Shown here piece after piece: positions 24,301 through 36,899 of a stretch of 64,000 bases of DNA (its first letter is position 1; each line of letters starts with the position of its first letter). This DNA is from Camelus ferus (lineage: Eukaryota). A model generated the notes under the pieces. That model ran no database searches. It was given only the letters and a program-made list of their open reading frames with translations, and was not told where the DNA came from. The stretch is taken from positions 78,618,001-78,682,000 of the forward strand of contig NC_045697.1 in the NCBI RefSeq assembly GCF_009834535.1. The letters run 5' to 3'. The translations under genes and the position numbers were made by a program.

Positions 24301-27300
24301 ATACGGAAAACTTTAAACAGGGGTTTTGTTTTCTTTTTCCTTATCATTGCGTGGGATCGATTAGGAAATACCAGTCAATATGTTCAATATCAGCGGAAGG
24401 ATATGTCTCACAAATGTCTTAAACGTCGCACCAAACACCATCACTGAACAGGAAATGAATGCTTTGGTTGAGCAGGTCCAGAGGAAAATAGTATAAATTA
24501 TACACTTGCACATCAATTACAAGCAGTTAGAGGTTATTTGTTTAAATGGCTTCCATACCACTAGGTTCTGAATGATGGGGGTTGTTTGGGTTTATCAATG
24601 ATTCTCAATCACCTGCCCTTAATTACAGACTGCTTTCCAAACCTATAGTTAGGAGTATTAAAGTGAATGTTCCTGTCATCTGAATCAGGGTGTGGAGCTG
24701 TTTGGGTCACCAGGTTAAAAGGGAATCCCTCTATACAGATCCCAGGGACTGATGCTGGTGATCACTTTCTCTACTTACTACTGTTGTACTGAGTAAGTCA
24801 GGACATACTGCATAGCTCTTCATGGAATGGCTGAAGTTAACTTAAACTAACTTAAACTACTCCTATACAATGGTAGAAGTAAAACTGGCCTTACTGCCCT
24901 TGACCTTTCCTGAATCACTTTTCTGGATTAATATTGTTATGGGCATCACATCTGGAATTAAACAACTCAATTTACTATGATAATTTTTGAAAGATTTAAT
25001 TAATCTAAGAACATAAAACATAAAACAGTTCTTATTTCTCGAGAATCAGAAACATAAAGTGTGTCACACTGCTGAGGAAAATTCTTGTCTAGGATTTCCA
25101 GGACTTATCATCAGAGATTTAAGAAGAGAAAATATGTGATAGTGAGTTGATACAGGAATGTGAAATGATTTGGAAGACGTATCTCGATTTGTAGGGAAAT
25201 CCAGATACTATATAGACCACAAAGCTATGCCTGACCCCACCCAAGAGACATTGAAAACTTCTTGCTTCTTAAAAAATTGGAAACTAGCTAGAGTGCGTGT
25301 GTGTATTTGAAACTTGGTCGTATAGCATCTGTAATTAAATAATATTTCTTTTGACTCCTGTGATTCTGTTTCTTATACTCATGGAATCAATGTGTGATAT
25401 AAGGAAACCACTCATCAACAATTTTTTTTAACAGAGTGAATAAATGTATCCAGTAATCTCATGTCTTTATCTTGCCACTACCGAAATGCTTTAGGACTTT
25501 TATTCATAAACACAAGGAGATTAAAATCACAGGATGCCATACATATATTTTATTAAAATACCAAAATTAAATCCATTCAACAGTTAAATGTAATTCTATT
25601 GATATTTTGTGTGATAATCATTGTTTCTAAATCTGTTTCAAATTATCAACAAGTCTCACTGAAATTGTGCTCTAGAGGACACGCCGGGGGCATGCAGCAC
25701 CACAGTGTAGAAGTGGATGATTTCATGAGAACTAAATGAAAATCTATGTGGAAAAGCAGACTTTTCCCTGACAGTAAGTGGAAATAACAAGATAATATTG
25801 TAATTGCATTTAACTTAAACACTGTCTCAAGGCAATTCTTTAGGAGATTACTAAACCTTAATATTCAATCTTAATTCTGAAAATTTAGAACCACTAAATG
25901 CAATGGGATGGGTAATTCACTCCTAACATTTTTCCTACTTCCTTTTTTCATAACGTATTTGGAAAACAAATAGACACAGATAAAAATTCTAAAAATTTTT
26001 CCAAGTAAAGCAATTGCTCAAGTAAAATATGCCATTGAGAAGACAAAATAAAAAAATGAAAGTTCCCAGGTATTCTGTAAAGTTTCTTTTCACACACTTA
26101 ACAGTATGCCAGATAAAGAAGAACATATTTATAAAATATTGAAAAGTAAGAAAAATATCATGAAACCTTAATAAATATTGTACATAATATTACTTTTCTT
26201 TTCCAGGTTGAAAATCTGCTAGATTTCCTCCAGTAAATATTTGTCATCTATTTGACATGTTTACATGTTAATTACATCCAATTCAACAGTGTATTTTTGA
26301 GCACAGGGAAATTTTCTATTGGAAACTTTGTGTGATAGAAAAGTGAACAACTTTCAGAAAGACTATCCCTTAGGTATTCCCAATTTCCAGTGCAGTGGCT
26401 TGCTAAACTTCTTTTATAGTAACATGCTGTTTAAGCATTAAGCATTCTGAGGCATTGTCCCAAATATGTACCTTCAGCATCAGAATGTAATAATATAAAA
26501 TCAAGTAAATGCACTTTTTATAATTTATTATTTCCTTTTTTTAGAGATATATTTGTGGTAAGTGCACTTACTTTGTAATAGTATCTTTTTCAAGAATTCG
26601 TTTTGTTGGTCCAGCTCCAAAATTCTCAAATTTTTCTTTAGATATAAAATACTTTTAGGCACGGTTCAAACTTTATGCCCAAATCGGTTTACTAATACTG
26701 GAATTAAATACTTGTTTTCTCAGACACACATACGTTGTATATAGAAAGTCATAAATATTTTATGTATAATGGATATGGTTGCAATGTGGATTAACAAGTT
26801 TATAATATTTTGATGTTAATTTAGATCTATATTCAAAGAAAAATAAACTTAAAAATTTCAAATCTATATCAAATTGCAAATGTTTTATTTTAAAATAAAC
26901 TCTTATGGAAAATATTCAATGTTGCTAGATCTCAAACTAAAAAATAAACCTTTATGAATAAGAGAATAAATAGTTACTTTAAATTAACTACTGAACTATA
27001 AGGTTATATCAGGAAAAAGCTGAGCAAGAATATTTCTAACCCTTTTGGTGATAGCTAAATGTTTCAAAACACTCTCAGTCCCTAGAACATTATAGCAAGT
27101 GAAAACAGAATTTTTTAATTTAAATTTAATTCATTGTATTAAACAATTTGGAAATCTTTGAGAAGTATTTATACTTTGCAAGCATATTTTAAAAATAAAA
27201 TAGAATAAAAGATATATCCCCTTAAAGTTTGTTACTAATCTAACAATTCTGTTCAGTTGGAGACTGGCTTTCTTTTCTGACTCTACATTGATCCCACCCA

Positions 27301-29387
27301 TCTTTAAAATTTTAGATTCAATTTCCAAATCTTAACTCTAATTTGTTTCCCCTTTTATTATTGATCTTGGCACCCAGCAGCTCCACCGCACCGGTCCTAA
27401 CACCCATTCCTTCTTCTACCCTCTTACATACTCAAGAGATTTTTCCTATGATGGAGATAAAAATAAGAGGACTTAATTTAATGTCCTATGACATCAAGAT
27501 TTTTAAATATTTATCCAGGTAAGTAACGCTGTATATCCCCTCTTAAATTAGAAAAATTGGACCCAGCATAGAGTGTGGTATTAATAGAGAGAGAGAGGAT
27601 GAAAGAGAGACTGAGACATATTGATATGATAACAAGTAATTATTAACTGTACTCTTTGGCATCCTAATTTATCTGCAGCCTTACAAGTTTGTCTCTGTGG
27701 TTGCCAAGGAGAGTTCAGGTGAAAGCAAAGACAGCTTGAGCCCACAATCCATTTTAAGGATTACAGGACTTATTAGTACATTAATAAAGGAGAGAAGTAT
27801 TAGGCATGTATAAACACGTAAAAATTGATTAAGGTATCTCCATTCACTTCTTCAAGAAAAAAAAGTAGAAGAAAAGAAAGAACTTTACACAGATTGTGCT
27901 AAGAAACCCTTGGATTCAACGTTGAACTATAAATATTTTGTTTTTGTCTGTTTTGAGTGAATGGACTAGACCAAAAAATAAAAGGCTAAGTTTGAAATTT
28001 TCCTTTTATAATAATGTACACAAAACAGAAATAGATTTTACAGGGCCTTAAGATTAAAGAGAAATTACTCAAATGCTTTTTAATGCCAGAATATCAAAAT
28101 GTCTTCAAATAATCAACATAATAATAGGCAAAATTTCTTTAAAGCATAGTTTATTGATGTCATTATTTGCAACCTGTTCTATCTCAACTACTGATGTGCT
28201 CAAAGAAAAATAGGAGGAAAAAGCACACTTTTCACTTTTAAGAATTTAACATTTATTTGGGTGAGCAACTCTTATGCCCATGAAAAAGCCTAAGACTGAA
28301 TTTTAAAAAATGTAAACATGTAGAAATTACATAGCTTCTTCCTACCTGTTGAGGAACAGATAGATATGTAAATGATTTAAAATTCTTAACACTACCTACG
28401 GATTTTACTTTTCACAGTACGTGTGTTTTTAAAACACTTGCATAAATTGAATTTCTCTAAATTGAATAATATTTTCAAAGCAGGAGATGAGATTTAGCAA
28501 CCCAAATACTCAAATTAGTCTTTCTACAATGTGAAAATCCTTTTACAAAGGAAATAAATTTCCATGAATTATATAATTTCTAAATTTGGATTTTTATCGG
28601 TTTCTTAATATACATCTAATTAAAAGTAAAAAGGTCATATGTTTAACCTACATGTGCTTAAAAATAAAACCATTCTATTACTATATTAAAATATATTTAT
28701 TAATTTCATATATTCTATTAAAAATATTTAACAAATTTTCAATGAAGGAAAACATCAATTCAATAACATGGTTTTGACTTTTAACATTTCACAGGCTTTA
28801 TAATGCTTTATTTAATCTGTATCTTTAGTTTTATCACCAAAAACCACAGATGAATCAGCTTTCATTTGTAAATATAATTGCCACCACTGCAAGCTTGTAA
28901 ATAATAATGAAGAATAATATTTTTTGTGATACCTAGTTACTATGGATTGTGGATTATTAGTTATATAATATAGTATTTACCAATTATCCTAGTACTTACG
29001 CTGGGTTATTAGCTGTGAAATTGATTACATTTCCAATTTACCAAGGATTAAAACTTTTTCTCCCAAAGAGGATATGTGGAAACATGAAGCTTAATTAAGT
29101 CCTAAAAGATTAACTCTAGAATATGTATTTTTACTGTCAGCAAGTTTTAACCAAATAAGAGAGAAAATATAATACCTCCTCCCCCTATCTAGATAGTACC
29201 TGCTCTCCTACATACATTCCGACTGGTTTTCAGAGTTGATTTGTTAATTATACCAATAACACTCCAGCCTCTACCACTAACATATATTGGCAGAGATGGT
29301 CAAAACCCATACATAGGCTCCCCATGAGGGAAGGAGGGGACTCAGCTCTGTAATACAGAGTTTGGGATGTGGGGGATCACCTCACAT

Positions 29388-29550
29388 GGTAATTCTCAAA
29401 ATGTAATGTGCATACTAATTATCTGGAGAACTGGCAAAAATGTGGATTCTGATTCAGTAAGTCTGAGGTGGGGCTTGAAAGTTTGCACTTTTAACAAGTT
29501 CCCAAGTAACCCAGATGCTATAATGGTACATTGACTGCATTTTGTGTATA
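29388..29550. mobile_element. MER5A-type hAT-Charlie MITE
   Basis: 'ttctcaaaatgtaatgtgcatactaattatctggagaac...aatgtggattctgattcagtaagtctgaggtggggcttgaaagtttgcacttttaacaagttcccaagt'. Confidence 0.75.
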
Positions 29551-29839
29551 ATAATTTTATTTTACAAATGAGAAAACTGAGTCCTGGATAGGCTATATTT
29601 CAGAAATGGGCTTGGTTCTTAGATAAATATTAGTCCAACATAACAAAAAAAAAAAAAAAACCAAATAACAACAACAACAACAAAAAACTACACCCTGTAG
29701 TAATCTTCACTGGAAGATGTTGAATAGTAATCATGCGTTGAACATATTTTTCATCCGCCACAACAACCACCACAGGGTTTTATCTATAATCGGGTTTATT
29801 GAATGAATAGTTCCTGAAGGAATTAAACATCAAAAATTT

Positions 29840-30010
29840 TGCCTTTGATTTCATCTCACTGAGAATCCACAATCCATCTGTAATTCCTGCCCAAGCAGTT
29901 TCTCTTCCAGTTCTTCATACTACTAAAGGCACCTACCTTGTCCACACAGCTGCATATGACAGAAACTTGGAAGTCAACCATTACATGGCTCTGTCTCCAG
30001 GCATCTAATA
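29840..30010 (+). mobile_element. L2 fragment abutting the L1 insertion
   Basis: 'ctaaaggcacctaccttgtccacacagctgcatatgacagaaacttggaagtcaacc' is L2-like. Confidence 0.4.
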
Positions 30011-31195
30011 AGTGGAAGTTGCAGGATACAATTTTAATATGCAGAAATCTGCTGCTCTCCTATACACTAATAATGAACTATCAGAAAGAGAAAGTAAAAC
30101 AACAATCTTGTTTAAAATCACATCAAAAAGAATAAAATACCTAGGAATAAATGCTACCAAAGACCTATACTCTGAAAACTATAAAACACTGATGAAGGAA
30201 ATAGAAGGTGATACAGAGAAATGAAAAGATATTCCATGCTATGGAGTTGAAAGAATTAATATTATCAAAATGACTGTAATATTCAAAGCAATCCACAGAC
30301 TTAATGCAATCCCTAGCAAAAGATCAATGACATTTTTCATAGAACTAGAACAAATAAGCCTAAAATTCATGTAGAAACACAAAAGACCCCAGATTGCCAA
30401 AGAAATATTGGGAAAAAAGAACAAAGCTGGAGGTATCACCCTTCTAGACTTCAGGCTATACTAAAAGCTACAGTAATCAAAACAGCACAGTACTGGCACA
30501 AAAACAGACACATGAATTAATACAATAAAATAGAGAGCCAGAAATAAACACATGCACTTATGATTAATTAATCTATGACAAAAGAGGCAAGAATATACAA
30601 TGGAGAAAAGACAGTCTCTTTCATAAGTGGTGCTGGGAAAACTGGACAGCTACATGTAGAATAATGAGATCAGAACATTTTCTCACATCATATACAAAAA
30701 TTAACTCAAAATAGATTAAGGACCTAAATGTAAGACCTAAAACCATAAAACTCCTAGAAGACAACATAGGCAGAACACTCTTTGATATAAATTGTAGCAG
30801 TTTTTTTCAGATCAGTCTCCTAAGTCAAAAGAAACAAAAGCAAAAATTAACAAATAGAACCTAATTAAAACTAAAAGTTTTTGCACAGCAAAGGAAACTA
30901 TCAACAAAACAAAACAATAACCTAGGGATAGGGAGAAAATATTTGCAAATGATATGACCAATTAGGGGTTAATACACAAAGTATAAAAACAGCTCATATA
31001 ACTCAATATCAAAAATCAAACAATGCAATCAAAAAATGGACAAAAAACTTGGACAGACATTTTTCCAAAGAAGACACAGATGGCTAATAGGCCCATGAAA
31101 AGATGCTCAACATTACCAGGGAAATGCAAATCAAATGTAAATCAATCCAATGAGGTATCACCTCACACCTGTCAGAATGGCTATCGAAAAGTCTA

Positions 31196-31738
31196 TATTC
31201 ATAGTGGCACTATTTACAATAGCCAAGACATGGAAACAGCCTAAATGTCCATCGACAGATGACTGGATAAAGAAATTGTGGTATATTTATACAATGGAAT
31301 ATTATTCAGCCATAAAAGTGGACAACATAATGCCATTTGCAGCAACATGGATGTTACTGGAAAATGTCATTCTAAGTGAAATAAGCCAGAAAGAAAAATA
31401 CCATATGAGATAGCTCATATGCAGAATTAAAAAAAAAAAAACCAAAAACATAAATACAAAACAGAAACAGACTCATAGACATACAATATAAACTTGTGGT
31501 TGCCAGAGGAACAGGGGGTGGAAAGGAAATGGTATTTCAAAATGTAAAATAGATAAACAAGATTGTACTGTGTACCACAGGGAAATATATACAGGATCTT
31601 GTGGTGGCTCACAGCAAAAGAGAATGTGACAATGAATGTATGTATGTTCATATACAACTGAAAAATTGTGCTCTACACTGGAATTTGACACAACATTGTA
31701 AAATGACTGTAACTCAATAAAAAAATGTTAAAAAAAAA
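31196..31738 (+). mobile_element. Younger camelid-type L1 3' fragment nested inside the L1
   Basis: Encodes FIVALFTIAKTWKQPKCPSTDDWIKKLWYIYTMEYYSAIK. Has a distinct 3'UTR ending 'gactgtaactcaataaaaaaatgttaaaaaaaaa'. Perfect 10-bp TSD gaaaagtcta at 31186-31195 and 31739-31748. Confidence 0.9.
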
Positions 31739-32086
31739 GAAAAGTCTACAAATGACAAACGTTGGTGAGGATGTGGCAAAAAGACAAATAACAAATGTTG
31801 GTGAGGATGTGGCAAAAAAAGAGCACTTGTACATCATTGGTGGGAGTGTAAGTTGGTGCAGCCACTATGGAAAACAGTATGGAGAGTCTTCAAAAAAACC
31901 ATATGACCCAGCAACTCCACTCCTGTGTATACATTCAGGAAAAAAAAAAAAAAAAAAGAAAAGAAAACACTAATTCAGAAAGATATATGCACCCCAATGT
32001 TCATAGCTGCACTATTTACAACAGCCAAGATATGGAAGTAACCCAAGTGTTCATCAACAGACAAATGGACAAAAAATATGTGATAC

Positions 32087-32173
32087 CTATCTATCTATCT
32101 AGATATCTATTCAGATATATAGATATAGATATAGATGATATAGATATAGATATAGATATAGATATAGATATAT
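32087..32173. repeat. (CTAT)n/(GATATA)n microsatellite within L1
   Basis: Directly visible. It produces the DIDIDI tail of ORF 31867-32175. Confidence 0.9.
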
Positions 32174-33649
32174 AATGAAATATTACTCAGCCATAAAAAA
32201 TGAAATCTTTTCATTTGCAGCAATGTGGATGACCTGTTAGGTTTAGTGAAATAAGTCAAAGACAGACATGATATGATATGATATCACTTGTATGTGGAAT
32301 CTAAAAAAGAATACAAACAAATGTATACAGCAAAACAGAAAGAGACTCACAGACATAGAAAACAAACTAGGGGTTACTACTGGGGAGAAGGAAGGGGAGT
32401 GGGCCTGTTAGGGTTATGGGATTAAGAGATACAAACTACTATGCATAAAATAGATAAGCAACAAGGATATATTGTATAGAACAGGGAATTATAGCCATTA
32501 TCATTAACTTTTCATGGAGTTTAAATTGTAAAAATACTGAATCACTATGCTGTATACCTGAAACTAATATAATATTGTAAATCAACTATATTTCAATTAA
32601 AAAAGAAAGAAATAAAATAACCCTTAAGAAGGGCATGCCATAGCAAGCATCGGCAAACACCTGATGAATTGCCTATGTGACATCGAGAGATAAGAAGAGC
32701 CGTGTATACACAGCATTGGCCCTTGGGAGGTTTGGCATGTGTCCTCATCTGACTTGTCTCTTTCTTGGCAACTTGAGCCATGCTTTTCTTCTTGCAACCT
32801 TCTGCTCCCTTGACCACCACATCTCTGTGGCTCTTATATTTCTGCAGCTACTCCTTCTTATAACTCTTTTATGCCAATTAATAAAGGCATAATGCTCTTT
32901 TTAGAAATCATGGATAGAATATGGTATGCATTACATTCACAATTAGGTATTAAGAAACCAGCTTATTTATTCTAATTAATTTCTACTTAGCAGGAAAAGA
33001 ATTTGGCTCATTTTTAAAATGTGGACTGGTCATCTGAAATTGTTGTTTAATGTCACTTAATTTGTGTCCTTAAATGATATACTGCCTTTTGAATACATGT
33101 GAAATGTGGATATTCACGTATACTAGTTCTTGCCTAAAGATTCTCTAACTACACAAATCTGACTGTGCCATTGCTAGGACTGTGAGTCAGTCTTAAGAGA
33201 AGGGGAAAAAAAATTACTAAATTCAAGCCTGGGAGAAGCAAGATGTGTAGCTTTTGCAGGGAATTAAAAGGTTGTGTGAGGGAACAAATACTGGGTGCAG
33301 TGTCAACATCTCAGTTTCATTATTGTCAATCTCTCAGATGAACTTGACCATCTAAAAGGAAGTGAGCCCTTGTCCGAACACGTGTCTGAGATAATAGCAT
33401 CTCAATTAAAAATAACCTCCCTCTCAAGATCAGCTAAAATTTTTCTATTCATCTTCTTATAGTATGTCTTATGAAACTAGTTGATGGCAATTTCACTAAG
33501 TCCCATGCCCACATTTACTAGTTGTGCTTCTCTATTTCCTAAATCTACATTAATAAGAGAAAACAGAAGTTCCTTTGCCTACCTTATGGACATGATTGTG
33601 TCTCTTACACAATATGAATTTTCTTTCAAAATTGTTATGACATGACTGG

Positions 33650-33860
33650 AACGTCAGAGCTTAGCTGGCTATATACTGAGACGAGAATACCAGGGTCAAA
33701 TTTTGATTCTAGTTCTTATTGACCAAATGAACTTGGGAAACTTTGTTAATCTTTCTTAGTATCTGCATAGAGTTACTGTAATAATTTAAAAGCTGAGTAC
33801 AAACAAAGCATTTACATTAGTTGAGAATATGGTAAGTGTGTATCCAATAGAAGTTACTAT
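33650..33860 (+). mobile_element. MIR SINE
   Basis: 'ccagggtcaaattttgattctagttcttattgaccaaatgaacttgggaaactttgttaatctttct'. Confidence 0.5.
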
Positions 33861-34974
33861 TGTTACTTTTAAAAAATATGTATATACTGTATCTCTTACA
33901 ACTTTTAGAAACTATAGTAAAATATACTGTGGAATGATCCTCACACTATAAGTTTAGCAGTTCACATGTGTAAAGATTGAAACTGAGTGTGTATTGCCCC
34001 TAAGATTGAACAAGTTCTTAAAATTTTCACAAGAAACATTTGACAAATGGCTGCAAGCAATATTTATCCTTGAGGGAAATAAATATTTTCTTTCTTCTTT
34101 CCTAGATGTCCAGGATCAAAGTGATGTGCCTTTATTCTTCAACTCACAACCTGAGTCCAAAACCAGCCCTCCCTCTTCTGAGTAGGGGTGAAGAGACGCA
34201 CACAAAATAGAACTGAAATTTGAGAGAAATCTAAGAACAAAGAAATGAGAGAAACTAATGGCATGACAGACATTAATAATTTAATATTTACTCTAAAAGT
34301 CAACTATTTCAAATATACCCATAAGCCCTAAATCAGGTTTTATCTGTTACACTTTTACTCGTTTGAAATTACTTAGGAGGTTAAAGAGGCACTTGCATTT
34401 AAGATATCAAGAATGACAAGTAAATAAATCCTCACAGAAAAGTATTAGGATCATCAATCCTTTTTATTATTCTTAAAATGGGAAACCTAATTAATTGCTG
34501 CTTTGTGTTTCTAGTTGTGTTTATTCTGCAAAATGAGCCCTCCTTAGCTAATATTTCAAATGCGCCCCCCAGGATTTCCTGAACGAAATAACAAGGATGC
34601 CAGCATTGGCACTTACATTTCAGGAACACCTCTTTTTAAAAATTTCTTTTGATTACTGGCTCCGTTCACTATTTACTACTGGTAGCAGAAGATCAATGAT
34701 ACCATAGTACTGAATTGGGAATAAAAGTTGGCTAACTTTTCCTCTCACATTATGAAGATAGATATTATATCAAATCCTTTGGATCCATGCTTCAAGAATC
34801 CAAAAGGTCTTTGTCATTTAAGAAAATATTCAAACAACTTCTAAACAAATGCAATTGTCTTTACTAAAACAGGGCATTTGAACTGTTGTTCTTAGTACTT
34901 GAGAGGTAAATATTAAATTACATAATTCCGTAATAAATACTTCGTTATATTTTGCATAAAGGAGAAAGGTATAA

Positions 34975-35160
34975 TGATAATAACAGCAAATAACTTGTTG
35001 AGCACTCACTACATATTAGGTGGTGTTTTCATACAATGCTTACATCATGGTGTAAGGGAATACGATTATTATCACCAAGATACATTGTGCGATAATCAGC
35101 CCAACATCCTCAGCTAGCAGGTAAAGCAGCAAGATCAAACCCGCAGCACAACTAAGTCTC
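34975..35160 (-). mobile_element. MIR SINE
   Basis: 'ataataacagcaaataacttgttgagcactcactac...cagctagcaggtaaagcagcaagatcaaacccgcag'. Confidence 0.55.
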
Positions 35161-36449
35161 TTAAGCAGCAGAAGTTAATTTACACTGTATACAAGGAGCA
35201 ATGATGATATCAGAAATGGCACATTCTATTCTACAGCCTCATGACTGGTTGTTTACAAACTCTCCTGGGGTCAGAGATGAAAGAGAACCCCTAAGGCAGA
35301 GCAGGGTCCTAGCTGAGCCATTACAAGTGATTAGTATCTTCTGTGACTCCATGGTTTTCTCTTTCACTTCCTTTATTCTTCTATGAATAATTTCCTCTCT
35401 TAATACTATCCTGTGACTTATGCAATAAAAGGAGCCTGTAGCTGCCTTCCTCTTGAAAGGGGTCCATTCCACATTTCTTTCTCCCCCAACCTCCACCCCT
35501 GCCCTGGGGATGTATTGGATTTAAATGTTTAGGAATACTCTGCTCCAGAATTTAGAAGTATTGCGTTAAAGAGGGATCTTGTGACTCACAGGTGGTCCAG
35601 TAAAGTTTGCCTGGAAATTGCACAGGAATTGGTATCAAAGTCCAGTCAGAAATTCAGAGATTTTGTCTGATCTGTTCTGTGCACACATCCCCTGAGGGTA
35701 TTTTGGAAGTGGCTGAAGCCACTGCAGAATGTGGGTCAAGGATTTATGGGCAGTCTTGGGATCTCCGTCATCAGCCTCTCTTTTTCACCATGTAGTTACC
35801 GTAACTGGTAAGCATGCCTATATGAACTGTTTTCTTGGAAGAACTTAATGGGTGATCTCATTCTTGTATTTTCTGACCACGGTTGTAGACTGGCAGAATA
35901 CCACATGATCTGTTTCACTGCTCAAAAGCTTCAAGACTCAGGTATGAACTCTACCCTCGATGTATGTCTCCTTAAATTTTATACAACCCTGTATGCCGTA
36001 TGTATTTTCAGTTTTTTCTGCTCTAGAAAGTGAGGTCCAAAAAGACAGCTTTTATGTTCAATCACACTTTGATGAGGAGCTATTGGGTGTTTGGAAATTT
36101 TATAAAGAATTATTTTCAATTAAGGAATTCATAATCTAATAAAGCAAAGATATACACCTTATTAAAATGCTAGTAGCACAAGTATTAGATACCAATAAAA
36201 AATTGGTTTATATTGTACACAATGGGCAGTCAAACACATGCTAAGGATTTAAAGGGATAGTCCACCATGGAAGACACTGCCATAAAGACTTTATAGATGA
36301 AGCTTGGTCTTGGCTTGGAGTGAACAGTAGGATTTAATGACAGTCAGTGAGAGTTAAAGAGCATGGTAACTAGAAATAAAGGGATAATCATTAGTTGTTA
36401 ATACTAGAATAATTAAACTCAGTTGTTCATAATTTGGTTTATTTTATAA

Positions 36450-36730
36450 ACATTCAAGCTCTACCATGCCTCAGGACCTTCACCATTATTCCCTCTGCCA
36501 GCAATTCCCTTCCTCTAGATTTTCCCAGGAATGTTCCTTCTCAATCTTCCTGGCTCAGCTTATCATTGTCTTCCCTCCAGAAGTCACTCCCTATCACATT
36601 AAAATATTTTTTCATGGTATGTATGGATGTTTTTGTTTCCTTTCTATTTGTCTTTCTCTCCTACTGTATCTCCAGTGACCTTATGAAGTAGTTAATACTC
36701 AGTAATTGTGAGATGAATGAATGAGTCACA
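36450..36730 (+). mobile_element. L2 3' end
   Basis: 'tgcctcaggaccttcaccattattccctctgccagcaattcccttcc...atactcagtaattgtgagatgaatgaatgag'. Confidence 0.55.
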
Positions 36731-36899
36731 AAGACTGTTAAATTATATTCCATTGTTGGAAGGAAGAAATGTCCAAAGGTGAGGGGAGGTAGAGAGTACG
36801 TAGCACCTGCAGAACTACCACAGTATTTGACTCACAGTAGATATTCCTAGACTCTCAATGCAATTGATATTCAGTAAATGTTTGTTGGTCTCAGATGAA

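Larger units (their letters stand above)
30012..32612 (+). mobile_element. 5'-truncated L1 (ORF2 3' half, 3'UTR and A-tail), disrupted
   Basis: ORF2 remnants VAGYNFNMQKSAALLYTNNE...RIKYLGIN..KDLYSENYKTLMKEIE and [11 protein letters not shown]. The 3'UTR ends 'atcaactatatttcaattaaaaaag'. Multiple stops and frameshifts. Confidence 0.95.

Noticed and set aside
31867..32175. 102-aa ORF with poly-K and DIDIDI repeats
   Set aside because: Artefact of an A-tract and a (GATATA)n microsatellite inside L1.
34085..34190. Strong plus-strand acceptor followed by DVQDQSDVPLFFNSQPESKTSPPSSE*
   Set aside because: No convincing donor or upstream partner exon, and the peptide is not recognised.
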